A DNA stretch of 64,000 nucleotides, taken from contig JANOIH010000004.1 in the NCBI GenBank assembly GCA_031407385.1, positions 4,104 through 68,103 on the forward strand, read 5' to 3'. Both the position numbers and the translations under genes were made by a program. Of the stretch, positions 21,414-32,977 are shown piece by piece (the stretch's first letter is position 1; each line of letters begins with the position of its first letter). Source of the DNA: Candidatus Altimarinota bacterium. Its GTDB lineage: Bacteria; Patescibacteriota; Gracilibacteria; BD1-5; UBA2023. The notes under the pieces are model-generated. The model was not told where the DNA came from, did no database searches, and worked only from the letters and a program-made list of their open reading frames with translations.

Positions 21414-22109
21414 TTAATTCAGAGAATACAAATATTTTTGCAGGGAAACGGATAGTTTGGTAGTATCCCACAGGTATGCAGGCACCTTACCAAGAGAGAA
21501 ATCTGTATCCACAAAAGATCCTGATGGGAAAACTATCGTCTGAAAGAAGAGATACTTTGCGCGCATGACATCATCTCGCATCGCTCGTTCCTCGAATACT
21601 CGGTTATGGAACATATAGAAGACGAATGACTCAGCAAAGTCCTCATACTGATTCGAGGCAGCATAGCCTGAGACGAAGTTTCTCTGTTTTTGTCAGGCGA
21701 GCTTCGTCGTAGTATCGCTCCAGCTGATAGCGTAGAATCGTCATGATGGATCCGTCCTCGCATCACCCGTGAGCACATATATATCTATGAAGTGTGCGAG
21801 CTCATGCGCAAAGAGCTGGAGGAACTCACTATCGCGAATAACTCATGCCGAGAGTGATATGGAACGCTTCTGCATACGTCCACGTGGCTCTACGAGTGCG
21901 GCATCGATGAGGATATCGAGCGGTGCGCGAGCCGATGAGAGGAGAGCCGATGACATGAGGATACGCTCGATCATCTTCTCGCGAGAGAGTGACTGCTGTG
22001 TCTGTGGAGAGCTCGATAGAGATACCCCCTGAACTCAGAGTGCAAAAACCGAAGACGAAGATCAGAGCATACAGATACAAGAGATGAATATCCAAAAAAT
22101 ACGTCGCAT
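21414..22109 (-). CDS. Secreted/membrane-anchored HExxH metallopeptidase-like protein
   Basis: N-terminus MRRIFWIFISCICML, motif FAHELAHFID...EDFAESF. 231 aa. Frame checked open with 6 in-frame TGA. Confidence 0.6.
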
Positions 22110-22119
22110 ATTATGCTAT

Positions 22120-22545
22120 CTAGGTTCCGAGATTATAGATAAAGTTCACGAGAATATCTACCAGTGGGAATGCTGTGAGGAGGAGGATGAGACCGATGAT
22201 TGCATATATAGCTGTGTTTTTGGCTGACTTGAGCTTCTCGTCATCACCTGCAGAGGTCGTATAGCGAATACCTGAGAATACGATCGCACCGATGGCAAAA
22301 AGCGCACCGAATGAGAGAACTCTCTCTGCGATCTTCACGATCAATTCCTTGACTCATTCTTTATTGGCTCATGATCCGAGTCCTACGGCGAGTTGTTTAT
22401 CGATTGATGTCTTTGAACATTTTTCCAAAAATTGACTAGCCGGGAGTCCTCATGTAGGATTACAATCAGGTTCTACTGCAAAAGTCGGCACGAGTGCCGT
22501 GAGAGCAAAAAGGGATACAAAGATGAAGAGGAGGAATCGAGACAT
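22120..22545 (-). CDS. T4SS-pilin-like small membrane protein (TrbC/VirB2-like), paralog 1
   Basis: Signal peptide MSRFLLFIFVSLFALTALVP, two TMs flanking TSAGDDEKLKSAK. 141 aa. Confidence 0.6.
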
Positions 22546-22549
22546 AATA

Positions 22550-22903
22550 TTATAGTGAGATGCGAGAAACAACAGATACGAAGGCGTATGATACTGCGAT
22601 ACAGACGAGACCAATAGCTGTGAAGGTGACGCTCTTCCATGCACGCTTCATCTTGGTCTCATCACCATCGGCAGTGAAGAGCTCATATGCGATATAGAGT
22701 GACCCGCCGATCACGACGATCGGGAGGACGACCTTCAGGAGGACTCACTGGATGAGAGAGAGTACTGCTATGAGTGTCATATCCTGGGTTGTCACTATGG
22801 TTCCATCAGGATACGTGCCAAACTGTGGCGCTACTGCAAAAGCAGATACAGTCGACAGTACACTCGCAAGCAATGTGAAGATGATATGTGTAACTATTTT
22901 CAT
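22550..22903 (-). CDS. T4SS-pilin-like small membrane protein, paralog 2
   Basis: Signal peptide plus two TMs flanking TADGDETKMKRA. 117 aa. Confidence 0.6.
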
Positions 22904-22915
22904 AATGGACATGGA

Positions 22916-23272
22916 TTAGAGTTCGATCTTGGTGATGATCTCGACGATCGAGTATGCGAGTCCTGCGACGACGAGACCGACGAACGCATAGATAACAGTG
23001 TATCGGGCCTTCTTCATCTTCTCATCATCTCCTGTGGAGAGGACAAACTTGATACCTCCCCACGTGATCGCCATGACAGCAAGTATGCCAGTCAGGAGGA
23101 TGAAGTACTGAATAATAGCCGCAATGGTGGCTCCTGGAGTAATAAGGGTATCTGTATATGGAAGTAAACTCTGTATCTTAGTATTTTCAAATCATGCTGG
23201 CATGACTTCAATAGCATATACAGATCCCACGGATAGTAGAGCACATATACAGATGAGAAGAAGTTTCTTCAT
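22916..23272 (-). CDS. T4SS-pilin-like small membrane protein, paralog 3
   Basis: Signal peptide plus two TMs flanking STGDDEKMKKA. 118 aa. Confidence 0.6.
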
Positions 23273-23280
23273 AAAAAAGT

Positions 23281-23691
23281 TTAGAAAAATTTGGCAATAA
23301 GATTCACTATACTATAGGAGAGAAAGGCGATAATCATAGCAATGATGTTCCACTTGATGATAGTCTTCGCCTTGGTGGTCTTCTCAGAGTCTCCAGCTGA
23401 GAATATATAGAAGTATCCCGCCACGAGCAGTGATATCACGGCGATCACCGGGACGATGAAGAGGAGAACATCAGCGATACTGCCAAGTAATATCTTGAAT
23501 ACTTCTATTCACCCTGTACCTGGGGCAAGTTTCCCACCATGACTTCCCCCCATAGGATCCATATTACCGAGATCAAGCTCAAAGGTTGGACAGGTAATAT
23601 TCACCTTACTAGTACATGGGGTCGCTGCAGCAAAAACTCCAGAAGTCCCAGAAAAGAGCAATATCAGGATGAGGGAAAAGATACGAAGCAT
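23281..23691 (-). CDS. T4SS-pilin-like small membrane protein, paralog 4
   Basis: Signal peptide plus two TMs flanking SAGDSEKTTKAK. 136 aa. Confidence 0.6.
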
Positions 23692-23831
23692 AAGCGAAAC
23701 GAATAATATAGAGCTATCTTATCTGAAAACTCATAAAAAAGCAAAAAAATAAGGAAACTTGCAAAATAGTGATTTTTTTATATCATAGTGTCGATCAAAA
23801 ATAATACATCTCCCTAATCTCACAACCATAT

Positions 23832-24035
23832 ATGACTATCCTCATCGTGATACTCGCACTCATCATCATCGTCGTCGTTGGCCTCCAGTCTAAGTGAGCT
23901 GGACTCTCTATCATACCTGGTTCTGGTGACTTCGGTAAGTTCGAGCGCCGTGGCGGAGAGAAGGTTCTCCACACAGCAACTATCGTCCTCGTGGTAGCAT
24001 TCGTCGTGCTCTCTCTCGTCTCATACCTTATATAA
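23832..24035 (+). CDS. secG: Preprotein translocase subunit SecG
   Basis: MTILIVILALIIIVVVGLQSK-G(TGA)-AGLS...FGKFERRGGEKVLHTATIVLVVAF. 67 aa. Confidence 0.75.
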
Positions 24036-24114
24036 GGATGATCTCGTCCCTAGTATACCCATGGATATCTCTCTCGTGTTCTCTCGAACTGAGAGCGCGT
24101 CCCTTGTCTCTATT

Positions 24115-26253
24115 ATGCGTAATACTCTCTCTCCTTCACATATTCGCAAGCCTGTACTTATTGGTATTGCGGTTGTTTTCTCTCTACTGCTCTTGCACCT
24201 CATCGGTGCCTATAGTTATATGGGATGACACTATGTAGGACTCCCTGGTGGGAGTACGAGTATCGCCATGATCGCGGATGCTCCAGATATGATGCAGCCA
24301 CTCTCTTATGGCAAGAACCCAACCGATGAGATGATCTATCGGTTCCTCTATCGTGGGCTCATCAGGTACAGTCCTGAGGATAATACTGCCCGAGGAGATC
24401 TCGCTCAGTGTGATATATCCCGTATAGAGAAGATCGTATGTACCCTCGGAAAGGGTAACCTCTGGTCAGATAATACACAGATCAGGGAAGAAGACGTCAT
24501 CGCGACATTTCGGGCTTTTACACTCACGGGATCGGATCAGAGTCTCAGGACTACGTTCCGAGATACTCGCGTCGAGAGAGTGGGAGATACTATCGTCTTC
24601 TCCAATCCTGACCGAGATCCCAAGGTACTCCAGCTCCTGACGTATCCGATCCTCCGCTCAGATATGATCGACCAGGTACGCACACTCAGGTTCTCGACAG
24701 GGAGTTATATCACGTCTGGGCAATATATGTTCTCAGAACAGACCAAGGATGCAGAATACGGGAACGATCGCATCACTCTCATACGCAATCCCAATACTTC
24801 GGGCAATAAGGCATGGTTCGATAAGATCCACTTCAAGTTCTTCGCGAGCGCATCCGCTATAGAGAACGCTGAAGATACACTTGGTATCATCATCCCTCCC
24901 GCGCGGAACGAACAACTCACTCTCTCAGAGAGGTTTCGTCCATATGCATATAGTACCTACGAATACTTCTCAGTATTTTTCCAGACGGATCGTGTGTCGA
25001 AGAGTCTGCGCAATACACTCCACTGGCAGATCGGAACCTCTCTCTCAGGAGCGATCGATACCAGTCATAGAGCAGTGAGCAATATATTCGCAGGAGGAGA
25101 TCCGATACTTCCTCGGGGCAATATCGGGAACTTCACCGACACGATGAAGAAAAACGGATATATGAAACGTGATGACTGGGTACGATCGATCGACGAGATC
25201 CCTACGACACTCACGGGAAATATAGTGTATGATAAACCTCGATTTTTTACGAATAAAGAGAATAGTAATGTTCTCTTCGCCGAGAGCGCGAGCGGAGGGA
25301 TCCTATTGTCTGGGGCTTTTGACGCATCGGTATCGAGTGTTATCATCAACGGATACCAGCTCAAGGAGTTCCCTGTCGGGAATAAGAAGTTCAGTTATCG
25401 AGTCTCCGTGGAAGATGGTACCATACAGGAAGGCAAGAACACCTACCTCCTCGAAGGCAAGATCGGCACCACGACAACATCCACAGGTGAGATCCTCACT
25501 CTCTACTATACCACTGACAAGGAGAAGCTTGCTACATACAAAAAAGAAGTCGATAGCGAATATACTGCTCGCGACAATACGCCTGCACTTGTAGCTGAGA
25601 GAGAACGCGCGAAAGAAGAGAAGAAAAAAACTGCACTTGCACTCGATCCACTCTACTACTATGATAAGGATGGCAAACCCTTCAGACTGAAGGTTGCATA
25701 TATCACAGGACCTCAGTCCACCGAGGCATATGCTCTCGCGATCGAGAAGACACTGAAGAATCTCTCTATCATGACTGATCTCACTCCTCTCGATCCGAAG
25801 GCACTCCAAGGCATGATCACCACTGGTAAAAAAGACTACGATATCCTCATCGCAGGAGTCAGTGCCGGAGAGACGATCTCTGGTATCGGTCAACTCTTCG
25901 CATCCAGTCAGGCTGGAAAGGGAGTCAACTTCTCGAATATAGAGAGTGAGAAACTGGATACCCTCTTCGCGACACTCCGCAGTGCCACGACTCCAACAGA
26001 TATAGAGAAGATACATCAGGGCATCCTGACCATCATGGAGACGGAGAGCTTCTTCCTACCGATATCGAGTCCAGTCCATGCGTTCTATACAGACCGCAAC
26101 CTGAAGTGAATCCGCGATATAAGTGTGATCGCAGGCCCTATGGCGATATACGATATCATCGAGTTCGCGAGTATCCGAGATGCATATATGTTCAACTCTG
26201 CTGGCAAGTCTTTTGCTGGATTCTGGGGTTGGATCGGCTGATTGTTATTCTAA
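24115..26253 (+). CDS. Extracellular solute-binding protein, family 5 (peptide/nickel type), membrane anchored
   Basis: 613-aa core ORF extended 5' to ATG 24115 (TM anchor) and 3' across TGA 26107-26109 to TAA 26251-26253. The family call rests on overall resemblance only. Confidence 0.6.
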
Positions 26254-26281
26254 CTACCTCCCTTCGCACTACGCCACTATC

Positions 26282-27382
26282 ATGAAAGAATCTATCGTCC
26301 TGAATGCTTGGGAACTCATAACACGATACCACTCACTAAAGAAGCTGAACTTTTTACCGTCTTTTGTCGGGATGCTCTGGCTCTTCATGATCCTCATCTA
26401 TCAGATCACGTTCACATACGTCTATGTATTCAAGAAAAAAGATGAGGTCCTCTCAGTACTCGCGAAGTTCGCCCATACAGACTACTTCACCGAAGTTATC
26501 ATAACTATGATTGCGATATTCATACTCTATATGATACTCGAACCGATAGCCAACGGTGGGATCATCCAGATGATCGACACTTATCGCAAAACGAACTGAG
26601 AACGAGCACACCGTGCGGTACAAGGATTCTTCGATGGACTCAGACACTTCCTCCCTATATTCGAAGTGCACAACATCACTGGAGTGTTCCGTCCTCTCTC
26701 GATCATCACGTTCTATATACTGCTTCTTCGACTTTTTGGCATACAGTATGCCTCATCCATCAGTATCGTCATGGGTGTATATCTCGTATTCTCCTTCTTT
26801 TTGAACATGTGTTTCGCGTATGCGAAGTTTTTTATCATATTCGAGCATCAGACGGCAATAGTTGCCCTCGGTAAGTCTACTGGTATGGCACTCCGCCATA
26901 TCTCCATCACGGGCAAGCTCTACTTCACGATGATACTGCTCTACCTCCGCACGATCGTGATCGCTCTCATATTCCTCGTGATCCCATTCGCGATATCTGC
27001 CATCATCGCGTTCTTTACCATCGTCTCGGTGAAGATATTTTTCTTGGTCATATTCGCCATCATCACACTCGTCCTCTTTATATTCATCGTACACTTGAAC
27101 TCGACACTGGAGATATTTGTCGAGGCGACATGGTACGAGGCATATCAGCTCTGCAAAAAAGAAGACAGTGAGATGTGAGACGACGCTCAACATGATGATC
27201 ACGGAAGTCATGATAGCCATGGTGGTCACGATACGCATACGGCCCATGCCAGTCATGGACATGACGATCATGGCCCTACTCACGATACGCATAAAGCTCA
27301 TGCAAGTACTCCGACACATACTGCCCCTACTCCACATGACACACATACGAGTCATCCTGCCCATGCTCCTGCCCACCACTAG
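26282..27382 (+). CDS. Multi-pass membrane protein with 68-aa His-rich C-terminal tail
   Basis: Fragments joined over TGA 26597-26599 and 27176-27178. Tail GDDAQHDDHGSHDSHGGHDTHTAHASHGHDDHGPTHDTH...HPAHAPAHH ends at TAG 27380-27382. Confidence 0.6.
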
Positions 27383-27424
27383 TCTCTATCTCCTCTCGTT
27401 TGTTTTGCTTCTTTGTTTCTGTTT

Positions 27425-27527
27425 GTCATTCCGCAGCTTGCGGAGGAATCCCTTTCAAGCTCATCTTAAGAGATATTGATTCTTTCTTTCTCATAAGTGG
27501 AAGAAAAAGGGATCTCTACGAGATGAC
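27425..27527. repeat. 103-bp GTCAT...ATGAC double-hairpin MITE-like element (copy A1)
   Basis: Nearly identical to 45306-45408 and similar to 34566-34674. Internal hairpins tccgca-gct-tgcgga and atctc-tac-gagat. Confidence 0.75.
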
Positions 27528-27981
27528 AAAAAAAAGAAGCCCTGAAGTTTTTACCTTTTACATTCTACTTTTCACTACTTTGTCTTCTGCAGATCTCATC
27601 ATCGAATACTCATCCAATCCTCCGAACAAGGGGATACTCGATCATGCGAATATTCGCTATAGAGAGACGAACCGTGTCTGTGCTGATGTGGTAGAGGTAT
27701 CACTCATCATACGAGACGATATACTCACAGAGTTCATGTTCGATGGATATATGTCGATCGTTGCTACTGCCTGTGTGTCGATAACTGGCGAGCTATTGGA
27801 ATGACAGAAAACTGAAGATATTCTCAAGCTCAATGAGTCATTCATCCATGAGCATATCGGAACAGATATATCGCCACGCCGTCGCTATGCCTCACTCATC
27901 GGACTCCTCGCAATCAAAAATGCCATCCACGAATATAGCCAAGATGGGAAAAAGGAGGATTTTAGTGATATCGTGGTGTAG
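27523..27981 (+). CDS. SufU/IscU-like scaffold homolog with degenerate Cys ligands
   Basis: LIIEYSSNPPNKGIL...NRVCADVVEV...FDGYMSIVATACVS. The in-frame ATG lies inside the MITE end; alternative TTG start at 27580. One in-frame TGA. Confidence 0.55.
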
Positions 27982-28021
27982 AAATATTTGATAAAATATA
28001 TCTTTTTCATATAAAATACAT

Positions 28022-28711
28022 ATGAATGAACAAAAATCTACTGAAGCATCATATGATATTCGCATGAATCGATGATCTTTCTGATTGGAATTAAATCTTC
28101 GTATACGAGGACTAATATTTCGTACACTTATAGAAAAATATCTCGACTCTATTCCTAAACTTCCTGATTGAGTTGTGGTTGATCTCTGATCAAATGCTGG
28201 CTACAAAATACCAAGTCTTCTCAGGGCTTTCCCTGAAAGGAAAATTATATGAATAGATAACCACTCTCCTTCAATCCAGAAATGAAAAGTTCTTTTTGCT
28301 GGAAATAGCAAAGTACAAATGAGAGTATGAAATGCTATGAAGCTCCAGGATAGCGTAGTAGAAAAAGTATCACTTATATTTACTTCTCAGATGCTCCATC
28401 ATTTTGATTTTGCAGAAAGAATGATGATTCTTAAGGAAACTATTAAAACTCTTCTACCGGGAGGCATATTGCTTGTCTCAGATACTTTTATAGATAAGGA
28501 TTCTATTCTGGGGAATCTACTGAAAACAGGATATAAGCATATAGCAAAATCTGATGCATATCATAATATACCACCGGAACAAATGAAATCAGAATGAGAA
28601 GAAATAGGTTATGATTTTATCTCAAGGCATGATACTACGTCATTTAAAAAAGTAGGATTTTATCCTTCAAGTTTGTTTGTTTTTCAAAAACCACTAGAAC
28701 AACCTATGTAA
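28022..28711 (+). CDS. Class I SAM-dependent methyltransferase
   Basis: VVVDL-G(TGA)-SNAGY motif I. 229 aa with 9 in-frame TGA and no TAA/TAG (checked). Confidence 0.7.
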
Positions 28712-29987
28712 TCTCCTTCATCTTCTCAACCAACCTCTCTATATCCTCTCTCGTATTGTAGAGATAAAGGCTCACTCGGAGTGATCCTCATATCCCGAGA
28801 GTAGTATGGAGTACATCGGTACAGTGATGACCCGATCTGACACAGATATCTGCATCAGCGAGCTGCTCAGCGATATCGTTCGGATGATGAGCGTCAAAAG
28901 CGAATGAAAATACTCCGAGGCGATTCTCAGGGTTTTTTGAACCGAGGAGTCGTATCGATGATGGGAGGGCGGAGAAGAGCTCCAGAGCATACGCTGTGAG
29001 TTCTTGCTCATATTTTTCTATAGTCGCAAATCCCCCGATAGAGTCGATATAGTCGAGAGCCGCGAGGAGTGAGACAGCTCCTGCGATATGTGGAGTGCCT
29101 GGCTCATGACGGAACGGGAGACCAGCAGGCATATATCACTCAGTTGTGACAGAGTTGATCGCACCCCCACCGCAGAACGCTGGATCCATCTTTTGCAATA
29201 GATCCTTGCGACCATAGAAAAACCCAATCCCAGTATCACTCATCACCTTGTGTCCAGTTGCTACGAAGAAGTCGATCCCATATTGCACGACATCCGTCTC
29301 CATATGTGGGAATCGCTGTGATCCATCGAGGATGAAGATAGGTCTCGTGAGCTCCTTTGTAAAGGAGCTGTCACGGAGTGACTGAGGATTTTTTTCAGCA
29401 ACCAAATCCCCCCTGCCCCCCTTTACAAAGGGGGTATCCAAACCATCAAACATCCCCTTCACCCGATCCAAATTCAACACCTCTCCTGTCACATTCGATG
29501 CTCCTGTGATCGAGAGGACTTTAGCATGAGGTAACTTGGCCTCCAGTGAGTCATAGTCAAGAGTCCCATCTGGATGGAGCTCAACCCAATCGATGAGAAT
29601 CCCGTACTCAGTGGCGATGATCTGCCAGGGGACGATATTGGCATGATGCTCGACTTTTGAGAGGAGAACCGTGTCCCCTTTTGTGAGATATCCTGACTTC
29701 ACGAGACCCTGAGCAATCAGGTTGAACGCGTAGGTCGCGTTGTAGGTGAATACGATCTCTGCTGGACTCGCATGGAGTTTGCTTGCTACAGCCGCCTTGG
29801 CTCGGTCATAGAGCAATGAGCTCTGTGTGGAGAGATCATATGCTCACCTATGTATATTGGCATAGTCAGTCGCAAAAAAATGCGATATTGCATCGATGAC
29901 TTGTTGCGGCTTTTGTGCAGTGGACGCAGAGTCGAGGTAGACAAGCTCGGGATGAGTGGTGAATATGGGGAAGTCAGATCGGAACAT
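28704..29987 (-). CDS. sufS: Cysteine desulfurase (SufS/class V aminotransferase)
   Basis: YLDSASTAQKP, ANIHR-G(TGA 29844-29846)-AYDLS, ATGHK, HEPGTPHIAG and RSGHHC. 427 aa. Contains a ~37-aa hairpin-repeat insertion. Confidence 0.85.
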
Positions 29988-30022
29988 AGAGTATGAAAGG
30001 TGAAGTTAGAAGATGGAGAGGA

Positions 30023-31462
30023 TTATCTCCACCACGTATCTCATGTGGGCTGAGTCTCGTCTTGACTGCCTGTATGCGTCTCTCTATCTCTCTGGATCTC
30101 TTCGATATAGTGACTCGCCTCGAGGGAAAAGTCAGCTGTCGGATCGCTATCGCGTACCTGTGTGAACAGAGAGAGTGCTGTCAGAGTATCGCCAGTCTCC
30201 AGAGTCGCGATCCCCTTCTCGAGGAGGACGATAGGTGAAGTGGCGACAGATGACGAGAGTGTATCGAGGTATGCGCGAGCATCGTCTGTCTTCCCGACGA
30301 GGCGCATACTCGTGAGCGCAAGGGCTGCTATAGTAGACGAATCCTTGTACCTGGTTTGTGCATTGCTAGCCCAGACGTAGGCCTTCAGATTCTCACCGTT
30401 CTGCAGAGCGAGTGAGATCGCAACAGCGGTGTCATCTTCGGTAGCATCGGGCTCTGCGATGAGATAGGCGAGCACACGCATCATGCCTGGTACGTCTGAG
30501 AGTCTGGAGTAGCTATAGGCGAGCCGACGTTCGATGGCGGTCTTCGGTGTATATCCTGCGAATATCGCATTGTTATAGTAGAGATTCGCTGTGGAGTAGT
30601 CATGTTCTGCGAATGCGATCTCTCCGAGCCTCAGGATAGTCTCAGCATCTGTAGGTGACTTCTCCAGATAGGCGAGGAGATTCTTCTTGGATTCCGTGGA
30701 GTTCCCGAGCTCATAGAGGGAGAATCCGAGAAGCTTCTCTACTCACTCATAGTCAGGACGGGCCACGAGGATCTCGCGAGCGAGGATCGCACTCGCACGG
30801 TAGGCACCATACTCATAGAGCTTCGCTGCTGTGGTGAAGTTACGATACTGATAGTCTGGCGATATCTTCGCCGCGTCACGGATGCCAGACTGGAGTGACT
30901 TCACTTGGGTACTCGTACCAGAATATGCCTCGATGGAGACGATACAGTTGTGTATCCCTGTATGACAGGTATCGAGTATCACGTAATAGTCGTGCGTACC
31001 TGTCGCGGTCGGTATACGTGAGAGTTCTCCGATACGATCGAACTGTGACTCATCAGAGAAGAGTGAGGTGAGCATCTCCTTCTGTTCACTCTCCGTGAGC
31101 TCATCGATAGGAGTACGCACGTAGGCTGCATAGGCATTTTTCCAGTCTCGCTTCTGTGCATAGGCATGGCCGATCTTCTTCTGTATGACGACATCCTCTG
31201 GGAGCTTCTCAGCCACTGCGAGGTAGTATGCGAGGGCTTCATCGGGATTGTTCTTGAGGGTGAAGTAGTCCCCTTTTCGTATAGAGTCGAGTTCCTTGCG
31301 TCTATCGCGGATGAGTGCGATCCGCTCCGCATCGGTGAGTTCTTTGGCGTACTTCTCTCAGGAAGCGAGCACTCATGAGTCCGCACTCCCAGGGAGAGTG
31401 ATACTCGTACACGCCGTGAGGAAGAGAAGTGGTACACAGATGAGGAGGATATATCGATACAT
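30023..31462 (-). CDS. TPR-repeat lipoprotein
   Basis: Lipobox LLFLTAC followed by TPR-like repeats. 479 aa joined across 5 TGA. Stop TAA 30023-30025. Confidence 0.7.
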
Positions 31463-31554
31463 GCGCACCATGATACACAACGAGTGGATTCACACAAGGG
31501 GAAAAGTGAGAAAATATTGACGACATCATCACTTCTCGTATACTCACGCCCATT

Positions 31555-32898
31555 ATGTTCAATCTAAGTGACTACACATACTCGCTTCCTAGCGAACTCA
31601 TCGCCGAGACGGCGATCCATCCACACCATGATGCACGACTCATGGTGATCGACCGAGCAAGTGGACACCTAGAGGCAGAGTCGACTTTCTGGCATCTGGA
31701 TGAGTTTCTCGGAGAGGATCGGGTGATATTTCTGAACAACTCCCGAGTACTGCGTGCCCGTATCGCACTCTCAGCTACCCTGTACACGAGTCCAAGTTGA
31801 GAGTCCAAGATACTGAGCGAAGGAGAGATATTTTACCTCAAAACGAATACACCAGATACCTTCGAGGCACTCGTCAGGCCGGGCAACAAGTTCAAGATCG
31901 GGACAATATTTGAGATCTGAGAATATAAAATAGAGGTTATCGGGATCACGGATTCTGGTAGAATCCTCAAAATTAATAATTCACAATTAATAATTAATAA
32001 TTTACTTGCTACTCACGGTGCCCTCCCGCTCCCTCCATATATCGAGTACAGTAGAGAAAAGGAAGCTGACTACCAGACGAGTTTTGCTGAGAAAGATGGC
32101 TCAGTGGCCGCACCGACTGCATCTTTGCACTTCACGAGCGAACTCATGGAGAAGATAGAGAATCAGAAAGAATACATCACTCTCCATGTGGGACTTGGGA
32201 CTTTTAAGGGGATCGACACCACCGATATCCGAGAATATGCGATCCACTCGGAAGTGGTCGAGGTTCCTACGGAGATATTCGCGACTATCGCCGAACTGAA
32301 GCAGTCATGAAAACGTATCGTCGCCGTCGGAACCACCGCATGTCGTACACTGGAGTCGCTTCCATCACTCTGGCGGGCACTCGATACAGATATGAAAAAT
32401 ACTATTGATGCGAATATTCGCGATTATTGGGATGCCCTGATTGGAGACTTGGAAGAAAATACCTGGATACAGGATATTATTCCAAGTAAAACCAATACTT
32501 CTTTTTCAGATTCAGAGATTTCTCAAAAACAAGAAATTCCCGAGATTATCCGTAAAGAAGAATGATTTACTGATAAGATCGCATGCAGAAAAATTTTTTC
32601 TAACGATGAAGTTCCGAGATTATCTGCAAACTGCAAAGCAGATGCTGATAAGATCGCATGCAAGGCTCGCAGTTTTTCAGAAATCTCCTTTTCTACTTCT
32701 ATCTATATCACTCCAGGATACATATTCCGCGTCGTGGATGATCTGATCACCAACTTCCATATCCCAGAGTCGTCACTGCTCGTCCTCGTGAGTGCGTTCC
32801 TCGGATACGAAGCAACGATGGAGATCTATGAGCAGGCGATATCAGGCAGATATCGATTCTATAGTTTCGGCGATGGGATGTATATACGATGAAAATAA
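31555..32898 (+). CDS. queA: S-adenosylmethionine:tRNA ribosyltransferase-isomerase
   Basis: [43 protein letters not shown] and [11 protein letters not shown]. 447 aa with 5 in-frame TGA. Carries a 58-codon repeat insertion. Confidence 0.9.
32515..32687. repeat. Inverted-repeat-bounded element inserted in frame in queA
   Basis: gagatttctcaaaaac (32515-32530) versus gtttttcagaaatctc (32672-32687). Internal direct repeat ctgataagatcgcatgca x2. Confidence 0.55.
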
Positions 32899-32977
32899 AG
32901 CGAAACGCAAGCATCTTTATTTGCAGATTGTTCCCCTTTCTATAAAATAGACACGCTCGACTCTTAATAACTCTCCT

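Noticed and set aside
25303-26016. 237-aa minus-strand ORF
   Set aside because: It is the antisense shadow of the solute-binding protein gene.
26753-27379. 208-aa minus-strand ORF (Met/His/Arg-rich)
   Set aside because: It is the antisense shadow of the membrane protein and its His-rich tail. It has no start context and an implausible composition.
28704-28711. 8-nt convergent overlap of the methyltransferase and sufS 3' ends
   Set aside because: This is ordinary in compact genomes, and no additional signal is apparent.
31965-32010. AT-rich direct repeats (aattaataatt…) inside queA as a regulatory or mobile feature
   Set aside because: It is short low-complexity sequence translated in frame ([13 protein letters not shown]). 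It has no inverted repeats or other copies in the window and is most simply a small loop expansion.
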